Source of the DNA: an uncultured Bacteroidales bacterium
GTDB lineage: Bacteria > Bacteroidota > Bacteroidia > Bacteroidales > P3
NCBI GenBank assembly: GCA_947176325.1
Contig: CAMWQD010000001.1
Span: 1-36,548 of the forward strand
DNA: 36,548 nt
Direction of reading: 5' to 3'
A program made the position numbers and the translations under genes. A model generated the notes under the pieces. It was not told where the DNA came from. It saw only the letters and a program-made list of their open reading frames with translations, and searched no databases. Positions within the stretch are counted from its first letter, which is position 1, and each line of letters opens with the position of its first letter. This document shows, one piece after another, positions 17,650-27,375 of this stretch.

Positions 17650-19020
17650 TTACGCTTTGTCTTCTTTGTCAAAAAAACGAATCAAGGGTTCCACGCTGCG
17701 GTCGATATTGCCGGCTCCCATAGTCACGAACAACAGACCCGATTTTCCGTCGGCACGTTGCGTGCGCTTCTCCACCCATGCGGGAATGTCCTCGCAGTTG
17801 CAATAGCTCACTTCCTTGCCTTGAATCTTATCTCCGATGAGGCGCGAAGTGACGCCCTCTATCGGTTGTTCGCGGGCGGGATAGATGTCGGCCAGACAAA
17901 GTTCGTCGGCTTCGGACAGGCTCGAGGCGAAGGTATCGCACAGGTCGCGGGTGCGCGTGTAGAGGTGGGGTTGGAAAATCACCACCAGTCTATAGTCGGG
18001 ATAACATTCGCGCAGGGCGCTGATGCTGGCTTCTATCTCGGCGGGGTGATGGGCGTAGTCGTCGTAGTATTGCCATTTGTTGCCTTTGTGACAATATTCC
18101 AGACGGCGTTTCACGCCTTTGAATCCGGGCAGGAGGGCACGTATCTTGGCCGGCCCCACGCCCATTTCGAGCGCGATGCTGATAGCGGCCACGGCGTTTT
18201 CGATATTGTGACGGCCGGGGAGCACCATTCTGAGGTTTTCGATACGGCCGCGCGGCCCCACATAGGTGAAGATATAGGCACCGTTCTCCACGCGTATGTT
18301 CTCGGCATAGGCACGTGCCTTGCCGTCTTTTTCGAGGCCGTAGTAGAAACGGGGCTGAAAGGGCAGATCCAAGGCGGAGTCGGCGATGAAGCGGTCGGAC
18401 TGCCGCATGAAACGCACGTAGGCCGCCCGCATGTTCTCCAAGGTTCCGTATACGTCCATGTGGTCGGGATCCCAGGAGGTAACCACCGAGAAATAGGGGT
18501 AGAGCTGCCAGAACGAATGGTCGTATTCGTCGGCTTCGGTCACCATAATCTGACTCTTGGCATCGTGGTGATAGTTGCCTCCCATATTAATGGAAAGGCC
18601 GCCGAGAATGGCGTTGCAACCTATGCTCGACTGCAGGAGGTAGGCGATGAGCGAGGAGGTGGTGGTTTTTCCGTGCGTGCCGGCCACGGCCACGGTACGG
18701 TAGAGGCGGCACAATACACCTAAAATCTCCGCCCGCTTGTAGCAACGCAATCCGCGTTGACGGATGCTCTCCCACTCGCCGTGGTCGGCGGGAATGGCGG
18801 GCGTATAGATTACCGTCGACACATCCTGCGGAATCAGGGCGGGGTCTTCGGTGTAGTGAATCACAGCACCGGCTTCTTCCAACTTCTTGGTAAGCGGGGT
18901 GCAGACACGGTCGTAGCCGCTCACCTTGCAACCTTGCTGCAAGTAGTGAAAGGCCAAGGCACTCATGCCTATGCCGCCTATTCCCAAGAAATAGGGGTGT
19001 GTGATACGGTCGGCTTTCAT
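17650..19020 (-). CDS. murC: UDP-N-acetylmuramate--L-alanine ligase
   Basis: 456 aa with N-terminal FLGIGGIGMSALA, the Mur ligase P-loop AGTHGKTTTSS, and a C-terminal DDYAHHPAEI motif. Its start overlaps the murG stop by 4 nt. Confidence 0.95.
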   Translation of the reverse strand: MKADRITHPYFLGIGGIGMSALAFHYLQQGCKVSGYDRVCTPLTKKLEEAGAVIHYTEDPALIPQDVSTVIYTPAIPADHGEWESIRQRGLRCYKRAEILGVLCRLYRTVAVAGTHGKTTTSSLIAYLLQSSIGCNAILGGLSINMGGNYHHDAKSQIMVTEADEYDHSFWQLYPYFSVVTSWDPDHMDVYGTLENMRAAYVRFMRQSDRFIADSALDLPFQPRFYYGLEKDGKARAYAENIRVENGAYIFTYVGPRGRIENLRMVLPGRHNIENAVAAISIALEMGVGPAKIRALLPGFKGVKRRLEYCHKGNKWQYYDDYAHHPAEIEASISALRECYPDYRLVVIFQPHLYTRTRDLCDTFASSLSEADELCLADIYPAREQPIEGVTSRLIGDKIQGKEVSYCNCEDIPAWVEKRTQRADGKSGLLFVTMGAGNIDRSVEPLIRFFDKEDKA

Positions 19021-20165
19021 TTCTGTTCCTTTTTGTCCTGTTTGTTGCCGCGTCCCTTTTGTGCCAATTTAAGCACTTGATCCACAATGTTGCGCGCCGC
19101 CGAAGTGGTGCCCAAACGCGAGATATTCTGCGCAAGCAGTTCGCGGCGTCTCGTATTCGAGAACAAATCGATAACCACCTTGCCCAAGTCTTCCACCACG
19201 CGCATATCGGGCAAAAGCACGGCGGCGTTCTTCGAGCTCAGGGCCATGGCGTTTTTGGTCTGATGATCTTCGGCCACATTGGGCGAAGGCACCAAAATAA
19301 GGGGTTTGCCCACCACGCAGAGTTCGGAAATGGAAATGGCGCCCGCCCGCGACACAATCACATCGGCCACCGCATAGGCAAGATCCACGCGACGGATAAA
19401 GTCGAGCATCACGAGGTTTTCCTTACCCTCCGCATAGGGCAGCATCTGTTGATAATAATAGGTACCTGTCTGCCACAAAATCTGATAGCCCTTATCCAAA
19501 AGCGCGTCCACCCATTGTTTCATGGCGGAATTGATGGTGCGCGCACCCAAACTGCCTCCCATTACCAAAAGCGTGGGCATATCGGGTTTGAGTTTGTAGA
19601 AAGCGATGCCTTCCTCTTTCTTGGTGTTGATGTCCGAAATATCCTGACGAATGGGATTGCCCGTCCAAATGATTTTTTCCTTGGGGAAGAACACATCCAT
19701 ATCATCGTAATCCACGCACACCACCTCGGCTTTCTTCGCCAAAATCCTGTTGGTGAGCCCGGGATAGGAATTCTGTTCCTGCAAGAGCGTGGGGATATGC
19801 AGACGTTGCGCCGAATAGAGGGTAGGCGCACTGGCATAACCGCCCACACCCACCACCACATCGGGATCGAAATCCTTAACGATTTTGCGGGTTCTGCGGA
19901 AAGCCTCCAAAAGCTTGAACGGAAGGGAAAAGTTCTTCCACAGATGCTTTCTGTCCAAGCCCACCACATTCAGACCGATAATCTTGTATCCCGCTTCCGG
20001 CACCTTCTTCATCTCCATGCGGTTTTCGGCACCCACAAACAGAATGTCGATTTCGGGGTCGCGGCTCTTGAGTTCGTTGGCAATGGCGATAGCGGGAAAA
20101 ATATGCCCGCCGGTGCCGCCGCCGCTGATGATGACCCTATAGGGTTGTTTTTCATTCGTTTCCAT
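19017..20165 (-). CDS. murG: Undecaprenyldiphospho-muramoylpentapeptide beta-N-acetylglucosaminyltransferase
   Basis: 382 aa with SGGGTGGHIFPAIAIA at the N-terminus and C-terminal SRAGAISISE...PSPNVAEDHQTKNA motifs. Confidence 0.95.
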   Translation of the reverse strand: METNEKQPYRVIISGGGTGGHIFPAIAIANELKSRDPEIDILFVGAENRMEMKKVPEAGYKIIGLNVVGLDRKHLWKNFSLPFKLLEAFRRTRKIVKDFDPDVVVGVGGYASAPTLYSAQRLHIPTLLQEQNSYPGLTNRILAKKAEVVCVDYDDMDVFFPKEKIIWTGNPIRQDISDINTKKEEGIAFYKLKPDMPTLLVMGGSLGARTINSAMKQWVDALLDKGYQILWQTGTYYYQQMLPYAEGKENLVMLDFIRRVDLAYAVADVIVSRAGAISISELCVVGKPLILVPSPNVAEDHQTKNAMALSSKNAAVLLPDMRVVEDLGKVVIDLFSNTRRRELLAQNISRLGTTSAARNIVDQVLKLAQKGRGNKQDKKEQK

Positions 20166-20207
20166 ATCCCTTTGTTTTCTTTATTTTCATATATCCTTTT
20201 GCACGGT

Positions 20208-21389
20208 TCAGGCGTTTCCCAAAGCTTCCGCCTCGCGCTTCTCCCGCTCGTTCACCGCATGTGCCACACTTTGTATCATGCCCAGCGCCATGCCGGTAAA
20301 CAAACTCGAAGTTCCGCCCATGCTCACAAACGGCAAAGGCTGCCCCGTAACGGGGAAAAATCCCACGGCCACCCCCATATTCACCAAAGCCTGCAAGGTG
20401 AGCATAAAGGTGAGCCCCATTACCAAACAACTTCCGAACAAACCTTTGCATCGCTTGGCGATATTCATTCCCCGCCGCAACAACCAAAGGTAGAGCACCA
20501 ATATCACCAATCCTCCCGCCACGCCATATTCTTCTATAATCAAGGCATATACATAGTCGGAATAGGGATGCGGCAGAAAGTTCCGCTGGGTGCTGTTTCC
20601 GGGGCCTTTCCCGAGAACCCTTCCGCTGGCCACGGCAATTTTGGCTTGGTCGGCCTGATAGTTGCTCGAATTGTTTTCCACATTCGCATCCGAACCCGCA
20701 AAATTCTCGATACGGTGCTTCCATGTGGAAAAACGGCCGGGAAGCTTGTTTTCGGGCGGCAGGAAAAGTATGCCCACAAAAAGCACCAGCGCCGCCATTC
20801 CCACGCCCACCGTAGCCCACAGACGCTTCTGCGGAACACCACCCACCACCATGAGGATGAAGCAGGTGAGCGTAAGAAGCATAGCCGTGGAAAGGTTGTC
20901 GAAAAATATCAGCAAGATAACGGGCAATGCAAATATCAACAGCCGCCAATAGGTGCTTTTTTCGGTAATGACGCTTTGCCTTATCGTGAGCTGACGCGAC
21001 AAAAAGGCCACCAACACCACCTTGGCGAACTCGGACGGCTGGAACGAAAAGCCCAAGATACGCACCCAACGGTTGGCGCCGTTGATTTCGCCCAACATGA
21101 GCGCATAGACAAGCAGCACAATGACAATAGGATACGCAAGCACCGAAAGACGGGCGAAGCGGGTGTATTTGATGCGGTGAAAACAGAACATCACCACCCA
21201 GCTCACCAAGAGAAGCCCTCCGTGGCGCAACACATAATAGGCCACATGCCCGCTATGGTAGCGATATGCCAAAAGCCCCGTGGCGCTGTAAATAGCCGCC
21301 ATCGAGACAAGGGAAAGCAAGACCATGACAGTCCAGATGCCGCTGTCGCCTTTAAAATACTTTCCCAAAAATTTGGCAATCTCTCTCAT
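20208..21389 (-). CDS. ftsW: SEDS-family lipid II flippase/peptidoglycan polymerase FtsW
   Basis: 393 aa polytopic membrane protein with FQPSEFAKV and GQPLPFVSMGGTS motifs. It sits in the dcw cluster between murD and murG. Confidence 0.9.
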   Translation of the reverse strand: MREIAKFLGKYFKGDSGIWTVMVLLSLVSMAAIYSATGLLAYRYHSGHVAYYVLRHGGLLLVSWVVMFCFHRIKYTRFARLSVLAYPIVIVLLVYALMLGEINGANRWVRILGFSFQPSEFAKVVLVAFLSRQLTIRQSVITEKSTYWRLLIFALPVILLIFFDNLSTAMLLTLTCFILMVVGGVPQKRLWATVGVGMAALVLFVGILFLPPENKLPGRFSTWKHRIENFAGSDANVENNSSNYQADQAKIAVASGRVLGKGPGNSTQRNFLPHPYSDYVYALIIEEYGVAGGLVILVLYLWLLRRGMNIAKRCKGLFGSCLVMGLTFMLTLQALVNMGVAVGFFPVTGQPLPFVSMGGTSSLFTGMALGMIQSVAHAVNEREKREAEALGNA

Positions 21390-21407
21390 CGCGCTGCACT
21401 AAAAAAA

Positions 21408-21962
21408 TTACAATTCGCAAACGGCACGCTTAAACTGCATGCCCTTGTCCTGATAGCTCTCGAACAAATCGAAGCTGGGGCAAGCCGGCGAAAGCAACAC
21501 CACATCGCCTTCCTCGGCCAGCAGATAGGCCGCCTGCACGGCATGGGGCATGGTGTCGGTCTGAATGATATTCGAAACCACATCGCCGAAAGTTTCCGTG
21601 ATAGCGCTGTTGTCCTTGCCCAGACAAACGATATGCTTCACTTTCTTTCCCACCAGATTCCGCATGGAAGAGAAATCAATATCGTCGGTCTTTCCGCCGG
21701 CAATCCACACCACGGGACGGGTCATGTTTTCCAAGGCGAACCACGTGGAATTTACGTTGCTCGCTTTGGCATCGTCGATATATTCCACTCCCCGCACCTT
21801 GGCCACGAATTCCAAACGGTGATCCACCTGACGGAAATCCTGAAAACTTTCCTGTATCACCTTCTTACGCAAGTCGCGGATATGCGTGGCCACCGATTCG
21901 GCCATGGAGCGGGAAACGGTGCCTTGCTTGGCCAATGTCTCAATACTGAATTTTGCGTTCAT
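21408..21962 (-). CDS. murD: N-terminally truncated MurD (UDP-N-acetylmuramoylalanine--D-glutamate ligase), C-terminal domain only; possible pseudogene
   Basis: The 184-aa ATG-initiated ORF matches only MurD domain 3: VDHRLEFV, DDAKASNVNST (compare NDSKATN), WIAGGKTDD, and VVLLSPACPSFDLFESYQDKGMQF. The Rossmann GxGxxG and Mur ligase GxxGKT P-loop domains are absent. Only 604 bp separate the mraY stop from the ftsW start. Confidence 0.8.
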   Translation of the reverse strand: MNAKFSIETLAKQGTVSRSMAESVATHIRDLRKKVIQESFQDFRQVDHRLEFVAKVRGVEYIDDAKASNVNSTWFALENMTRPVVWIAGGKTDDIDFSSMRNLVGKKVKHIVCLGKDNSAITETFGDVVSNIIQTDTMPHAVQAAYLLAEEGDVVLLSPACPSFDLFESYQDKGMQFKRAVCEL

Positions 21963-21992
21963 ATCGTGTATTCTTTTTCTCGTTTGTTATGA

Positions 21993-23246
21993 TTATCGGA
22001 GTTTCAAGGTTACCAAGGTGATAACGGCCAAAAGGATGCTCACGATAAAGAAGCGCATCACAATCTTGGGCTCCGAAATGCCTTTCTTTTGGTAATGGTG
22101 ATGAAGGGGCGACATCAGGAAGATGCGCTTGCCTTCGCCGAAACGTTTTTTGGTGTATTTGAAATAGGTAGTCTGCATAATCACAGACAGGCTTTCCATT
22201 AAAAAGATGCCGCAGAGCACGGGCAGGAGCAATTCCTTGCGGATGAGCAGCGCATAGACGGCGATGATGCCGCCGAGGGTAAGGCTTCCCGTATCGCCCA
22301 TGAAGATGCGGGCGGGATAGGTGTTATACCAAAGGAATCCGATTGTGGCACCCACGAAGGCGGCGATGAAAATAGTGAGCTCGCCCACATTCGGAATGTA
22401 CATGATGTTGAGATATTCGGAAAAGATGATGTTTCCCGAAATCCACGAAAGCACGGCCAAGGTAGCGCCGATAATGGCCGACGTGCCGGTGGCCAGGCCG
22501 TCGATGCCGTCGGTGAGGTTGCAGCCGTTCGACACCGCCGTCACAACAAGAATCACCACCAATACAAAGAAAATCCATGTGTATTTTCCCCAACCCGTAT
22601 GAATGGCCTCCATAATGGCGGTATAGTCGAGTTCGTTGTTCTTGACGAAAGGAATGGTGGTCTTCATCGACTTTTCGGTGGCGGCCGTAAGCGTTTCTTC
22701 GGCTTCTTCGTATTGTTCGGCATCGAGCACATTGTAGTTCTCCACGCAAACTTCGGCCACGTTTTTCTGCGACACCGTGATGTCGGGATGAAAACACATC
22801 ACCAAACCCACAAAAAGCCCCAGCCCCACTTGTCCTATCACCTTGAACTTGCCTTTAAGCCCTTGTTTGTTGTGTTTGAACACCTTTATATAGTCGTCCA
22901 TAAAGCCCATGGTGCCGAGCCATACGGTGGTGATTATCATAAGCCACACATACACATTGTTGAGCTTGCAGAGCAAAAGCACGGGAATGAGAATAGACAC
23001 GATGATGATAAGCCCGCCCATCGTAGGGGTGCCTTCTTTCTCTTTCTGTCCTTGAAGACCGAGGTCGCGGACCGTTTCGCCTATCTGCTTGCGGTGCAGG
23101 AAAGCCATTACTTTCTTGCCCCACACCATGGAGATGAAGAGCGAAAGCACAATGGCCGCGGCCGCACGGAAAGAGATGTATTGAAATACGCCCGCTCCCG
23201 GCAGATTGAAATTTTCGTGTAGGTAATTGAATAAGTAATACAACAT
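21993..23246 (-). CDS. mraY: Phospho-N-acetylmuramoyl-pentapeptide transferase
   Basis: 417 aa, about 10 TM segments. Motifs [25 protein letters not shown] and SPLHHHY are present. Confidence 0.95.
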   Translation of the reverse strand: MLYYLFNYLHENFNLPGAGVFQYISFRAAAAIVLSLFISMVWGKKVMAFLHRKQIGETVRDLGLQGQKEKEGTPTMGGLIIIVSILIPVLLLCKLNNVYVWLMIITTVWLGTMGFMDDYIKVFKHNKQGLKGKFKVIGQVGLGLFVGLVMCFHPDITVSQKNVAEVCVENYNVLDAEQYEEAEETLTAATEKSMKTTIPFVKNNELDYTAIMEAIHTGWGKYTWIFFVLVVILVVTAVSNGCNLTDGIDGLATGTSAIIGATLAVLSWISGNIIFSEYLNIMYIPNVGELTIFIAAFVGATIGFLWYNTYPARIFMGDTGSLTLGGIIAVYALLIRKELLLPVLCGIFLMESLSVIMQTTYFKYTKKRFGEGKRIFLMSPLHHHYQKKGISEPKIVMRFFIVSILLAVITLVTLKLR

Positions 23247-23257
23247 GGGCTTATGTT

Positions 23258-24709
23258 TTACAAATATTTGGTTAACATTTCCCTATCGTCGAAGTGGTGC
23301 TTCACACCCTTTATTTCCTGATAGGGTTCGTGTCCTTTTCCCGCCACCAAAATCACGTCCTTGTCCTGCGCCAGCATACAGGCGGTTTTGATGGCCTGCT
23401 CGCGGTCGGGCAGCACCAAAACCTGCTCTTTCTGCGCGGGAGAAAGACCGGCGAGCATTTGGTCGAGAATGTCCTGCGGGTCTTCGAAGCGGGGATTGTC
23501 GGAAGTGAAAATCACTTTTCCCGCATAACGACAGGCGATACGCGCCATTTGAGGACGTTTCCCTGCATCGCGGTTTCCGCCGCAACCCACCACGCAGATT
23601 AAATTCTGCTCGGGCAGGATAAGGGAGGAAAGCGTATCGAGCACATTTTCCAAGGCATCGGGGGTGTGGGCATAGTCCACCACGCCCGTTTTGCCGGAAG
23701 AAACGGAGGCAATGGTTTGAAAACGGCCGGGGGCTTCCTCGAGCGAACTCATGGCGGCCAACACTTCGTCGGAAGCAAATCCGAGACTTACGGCGGTGGC
23801 GTAGATGGCCGTGAGGTTATAGGCGTTGAAACGCCCCACCAAACGCATATACACGTCTTTGCGGTCTATTTCCAAATGCAGTCCCTGCAAGGAGTCTTCG
23901 ATAATCTTGCACGAAAAATCGGCGGGCATCCGCAAGGAATAGGTGAGTTTGCGCGCGGGCGTGTTCTGCAACATCACCATACCGTTTTTGTCGTCGGCGT
24001 TGGTGAGGGCGAAAGCCTCGGCGGGAAGGGCGTCGAAAAAGGCCTTCTTGGCTTTGATATAGGCTTCGAAGGTTTTGTGATAGTCTAAGTGGTCGCGCGT
24101 GATATTGCTGAAAATGCCCCCCGTGAATTCCAAGCCGGCGATACGGTTCTGCACAATGGCGTGCGAGCTCACTTCCATAAAGGCATATTGACAGCCCGCA
24201 TCCACCATTTGCCGCAGGAGGGCGTTGATTTGGAGAGGGTCGCCGGTGGTGTGCGTGGAGGGAACCACGCGGTCGCCGATGCGGTTTTCGATGGTGGAGA
24301 GCAAGCCGGCTTCGTAGCCGAGGGCGCGCATCAAACGATAGAGAAGGGTAACGGTGGTGGTTTTTCCGTTGGTGCCGGTAATGCCCACCAGTTTGAGGGA
24401 GCGGGAGGGATGACCGTAGAAGGCGCAGGCCATGAATCCGAGGGCGCGGCTGCTGTCGGCCACTTGGATATAGCACACATCGGGCGAAAGCTGCCGCGGA
24501 AGTTCCTCGCAAACGACAGCAGCCGCGCCCTGTTGCACCGCCGTGTCTATATACGAGTGTCCGTCTACGCTGGTTCCGCGGACGGCAAAGAACACGCCGC
24601 CCTTTTCCGCCTTGCGGGAATCCTGCGTAAGCGCACTTATCTCGGTCTGAAGCGACCCCACGGTCTGCTTCACGCCGCATTCCTTACTCAACAGATCCTC
24701 TATTTTCAT
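23258..24709 (-). CDS. murE: UDP-N-acetylmuramoyl-L-alanyl-D-glutamate--2,6-diaminopimelate ligase
   Basis: 483 aa with P-loop [12 protein letters not shown]. The DNPR motif ([11 protein letters not shown]) indicates meso-DAP specificity. It is in the canonical dcw position. Confidence 0.95.
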   Translation of the reverse strand: MKIEDLLSKECGVKQTVGSLQTEISALTQDSRKAEKGGVFFAVRGTSVDGHSYIDTAVQQGAAAVVCEELPRQLSPDVCYIQVADSSRALGFMACAFYGHPSRSLKLVGITGTNGKTTTVTLLYRLMRALGYEAGLLSTIENRIGDRVVPSTHTTGDPLQINALLRQMVDAGCQYAFMEVSSHAIVQNRIAGLEFTGGIFSNITRDHLDYHKTFEAYIKAKKAFFDALPAEAFALTNADDKNGMVMLQNTPARKLTYSLRMPADFSCKIIEDSLQGLHLEIDRKDVYMRLVGRFNAYNLTAIYATAVSLGFASDEVLAAMSSLEEAPGRFQTIASVSSGKTGVVDYAHTPDALENVLDTLSSLILPEQNLICVVGCGGNRDAGKRPQMARIACRYAGKVIFTSDNPRFEDPQDILDQMLAGLSPAQKEQVLVLPDREQAIKTACMLAQDKDVILVAGKGHEPYQEIKGVKHHFDDREMLTKYL

Positions 24710-24750
24710 TTTACGTCTTTTCTTTTATATTAATATAAAATCCCCCTCAC

Positions 24751-26853
24751 CTACCCCAACTCTATCACCACCGTCTGACCCGCCACACAAGGACTTCCGG
24801 CGGCAGGCTCCTGCCTCTTCACCCTACCCTTTCCATATACCCGTGTCTTGAGGCCGCAACGTTCCAGAAGAAACGAAGCGTCGCGCAAGCCCATCCCCCG
24901 TAAATCGGGCACTACATCCTTGGCCATCACCACCTCGTTGAAACCGTCCGAAACCCGCACGGCACCCGTATTCTTGCGGACAAAAGCCGTAGGCTCGAGT
25001 TCGGGCGTTCCCATTCCGATGTGCTTGTGCACCGCCTGTATATCGGCAGCGTAGCCCGCCGCCGGATAAGGACTGAACGAACCGGGCTCGGCAATTTCAC
25101 GCCCGCCCTGCATCAACGTGGCATAGATTTTCTGCGCAATGTCGTTGAACACCGGGCCGGCCACCGAACCGCCGTAGTAACGCCCACCCTGCGGCGAAGT
25201 AATCATCACAATGCACGAATAGCGCGGATTTTCGGCAGGGAAATAGCCCACAATCGAAGCGCGGTAGGTTATCTTCTGCCCCTTGCCGTAGTTCATCTGC
25301 GCCGTACCCGTCTTGGCGGCCACCTTATAGAGAGGGTTCTGCAACACCGTACCCGTGCCGCTTTCCACCACGCCCTGCAAAAGTTTCTGCACGGCAGCCA
25401 AGGTGGATTTCGAACAGATGCTCTCCACCAACACCTGCGGTTCGAAGGCCTTGACCGTTTCGCTCCCCTTGCGGATAGCGCTCACGAACATAGGCTTCAT
25501 CATCTTGCCGTTGTTGGCCACGGCATTGTAGAGATTGAGCATCTGCAAAGGCGTCACCTTCACTTCATAGCCAATCGACATCCACGGCAGGGAAACGCCC
25601 GACCACGTCTTGTCTTTCGTATTCTTGATATAAGGCTCTCCCTCGCCCGGAATTTCCACGCCGAGCGGTTTGTTGAGCCGCATCTTGTAGAGGTAGTCCA
25701 CAAACTTCTGCTGGTTGGCGTGAAAAATCTCGTTGGCCAAATACGAAATACCCACATTCGACGACTTTTCGAAAGCCTCCGAGAACGGAATGTCGCCCCA
25801 TCCGCCCCTATGCGAGTCGCGCATCCAACGGTTATAGAACTTCATTTCGCCCGTAGGCACAATCCGATTCGTTATATTATCCTTGCTCTCTTCCAAAATG
25901 GCTATCGTGGAAGCCAACTTGAAGATGGAGCCCGGCTCCACGGCCTCCCCCACCGCATAGTTCTGACTTTCGGCATACGTGCCGTCGGCCTGCTTGGTGA
26001 GATTGGCTATCGCCACCACCTTTCCCGTCTTCACCTCCATCACCACCGCACAGCCGTGTTCCGCCTCGTTCCCCTCCATGCACCGCTGCAAGGCCGCTTC
26101 GGTAACGTCTTGAATACGAATATCGAGCGTGGTTATCAAATCCTTTCCGTTTTCGGGCTTCACCTCATCGGCACTATACACGGGGCGCCAAATTCCATGC
26201 GCCACCCGCTGCGTGAGCCTATGCCCGCTGATGCCCTGCAAGTCCTTGTTGTAGGCACGTTCCAAACCCACGCCCGTCTTGCTTTCCGCATTATAGTAGC
26301 CGATAGTACGCGCCGCCAAGATGCCGTTGGGACGGCTGCGTCTTTCTTTCTCCTCCACCACGAAACCGCCGCGATACTGCCCTTTCTTGAAAATGGGGAA
26401 GTGACGCATTCTGTCTAATTCGGAATACGTAACCTTGTTTTTAATCAAAAAGTTGCGCTTCTTTTTCCTACGCGCATCCAACAAAGAGTTGTAGAAAGAC
26501 TGCGAAGAAACGGCGGGATACATCTTGTGCAACGAATCGCACAGGGGGCGCAGATATTGGGAGAAGGTGTCGTTGCACACCACGCTCGGATGCAAATCCA
26601 TGCGGACGGTGAAGATGGGCACCGACACCGCCAACAACGCATTGTCCGAAGAATAGATATTGCCCCGCGTGGCCTGTGTCTCCTCGTAGCGGAGCGTTTG
26701 ATGCTGCGCCAGCTTGCGCCAATGTTCGCCGTCCACAAACACCACCTTGGCCGCCGTAGCCACAATGCAGGCGGCAAGCAACAAGAAGAAGAGATAGATC
26801 CACCAGGCTCTCTTCCAGAAGTTCGAATTCTTATTTGGCACCTTGTCGCTCAT
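24751..26853 (-). CDS. ftsI: Division-specific class B penicillin-binding protein (FtsI/PBP3) with a C-terminal PASTA domain
   Basis: 700 aa with an N-terminal TM anchor. Transpeptidase motifs are SxxK (GSIFK), SSN (EKSSNVG) and KTGT (AAKTGTAQ). A C-terminal PASTA-like segment reads VVPDLRGMGLRDASFLLERCGLKTRVYGKGRVKRQEP. Confidence 0.9.
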   Translation of the reverse strand: MSDKVPNKNSNFWKRAWWIYLFFLLLAACIVATAAKVVFVDGEHWRKLAQHQTLRYEETQATRGNIYSSDNALLAVSVPIFTVRMDLHPSVVCNDTFSQYLRPLCDSLHKMYPAVSSQSFYNSLLDARRKKKRNFLIKNKVTYSELDRMRHFPIFKKGQYRGGFVVEEKERRSRPNGILAARTIGYYNAESKTGVGLERAYNKDLQGISGHRLTQRVAHGIWRPVYSADEVKPENGKDLITTLDIRIQDVTEAALQRCMEGNEAEHGCAVVMEVKTGKVVAIANLTKQADGTYAESQNYAVGEAVEPGSIFKLASTIAILEESKDNITNRIVPTGEMKFYNRWMRDSHRGGWGDIPFSEAFEKSSNVGISYLANEIFHANQQKFVDYLYKMRLNKPLGVEIPGEGEPYIKNTKDKTWSGVSLPWMSIGYEVKVTPLQMLNLYNAVANNGKMMKPMFVSAIRKGSETVKAFEPQVLVESICSKSTLAAVQKLLQGVVESGTGTVLQNPLYKVAAKTGTAQMNYGKGQKITYRASIVGYFPAENPRYSCIVMITSPQGGRYYGGSVAGPVFNDIAQKIYATLMQGGREIAEPGSFSPYPAAGYAADIQAVHKHIGMGTPELEPTAFVRKNTGAVRVSDGFNEVVMAKDVVPDLRGMGLRDASFLLERCGLKTRVYGKGRVKRQEPAAGSPCVAGQTVVIELG

Positions 26854-26868
26854 TTGCGGTGTATTTCC

Positions 26869-27375
26869 TTAGTTCTTCGGTCTTTCCGAAACTTTATAAC
26901 GGATGATGTAGGGCGGAACCACCGACTCCTTCACCCCCGTGCTGTCCAACATCCTCGCCACCGACGATTGCCGGCTCAAACGCATCAACTCCGCCTTGCT
27001 CGAAACCTGCCTGTATTGCAGATCCTGCAATTCGTTGCGGATGGAAACCGTTTCGCGCACCACCGATTCGGTATGGTAGTTGCTCGTTATCATCAAAATG
27101 GCAAGGAACAGCGCAAAAAATATCTGTCCCCAATAGCCCCGCACCCTCTCTTCCAAAAACTCCGATCCGTCCAACACGGAAAGGAATCTCGCGCGCCGTC
27201 TTTGCCTACGTTCCCGTCTTTGCTTCTCGTCTTTCCCCTGCTTCTTTTTTTCTTCACGCTCCCGCAACCGCTCCTCCGGCATGGGCGTGTTGCCGAAAAA
27301 CGACAGCACCTCCGGTTCGGGCTGCGGCTCCAAATCCTCCACCTTGGGGGTTGTGCGAATCTTATTCTTGGCCAC
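26869..27375 (-). CDS. FtsL-like cell division protein (Bacteroidetes type) with a highly charged N-terminal extension
   Basis: A single TM (IFFALFLAILMITSNY) is followed by a coiled-coil-like segment (IRNELQDLQYRQVSSKAELMRL). It lies between rsmH and ftsI. The longest ORF starts at a GTG overlapping the rsmH end by 14 nt, and the first ATG is 96 nt further in (27279). Confidence 0.65.
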   Translation of the reverse strand: MAKNKIRTTPKVEDLEPQPEPEVLSFFGNTPMPEERLREREEKKKQGKDEKQRRERRQRRRARFLSVLDGSEFLEERVRGYWGQIFFALFLAILMITSNYHTESVVRETVSIRNELQDLQYRQVSSKAELMRLSRQSSVARMLDSTGVKESVVPPYIIRYKVSERPKN

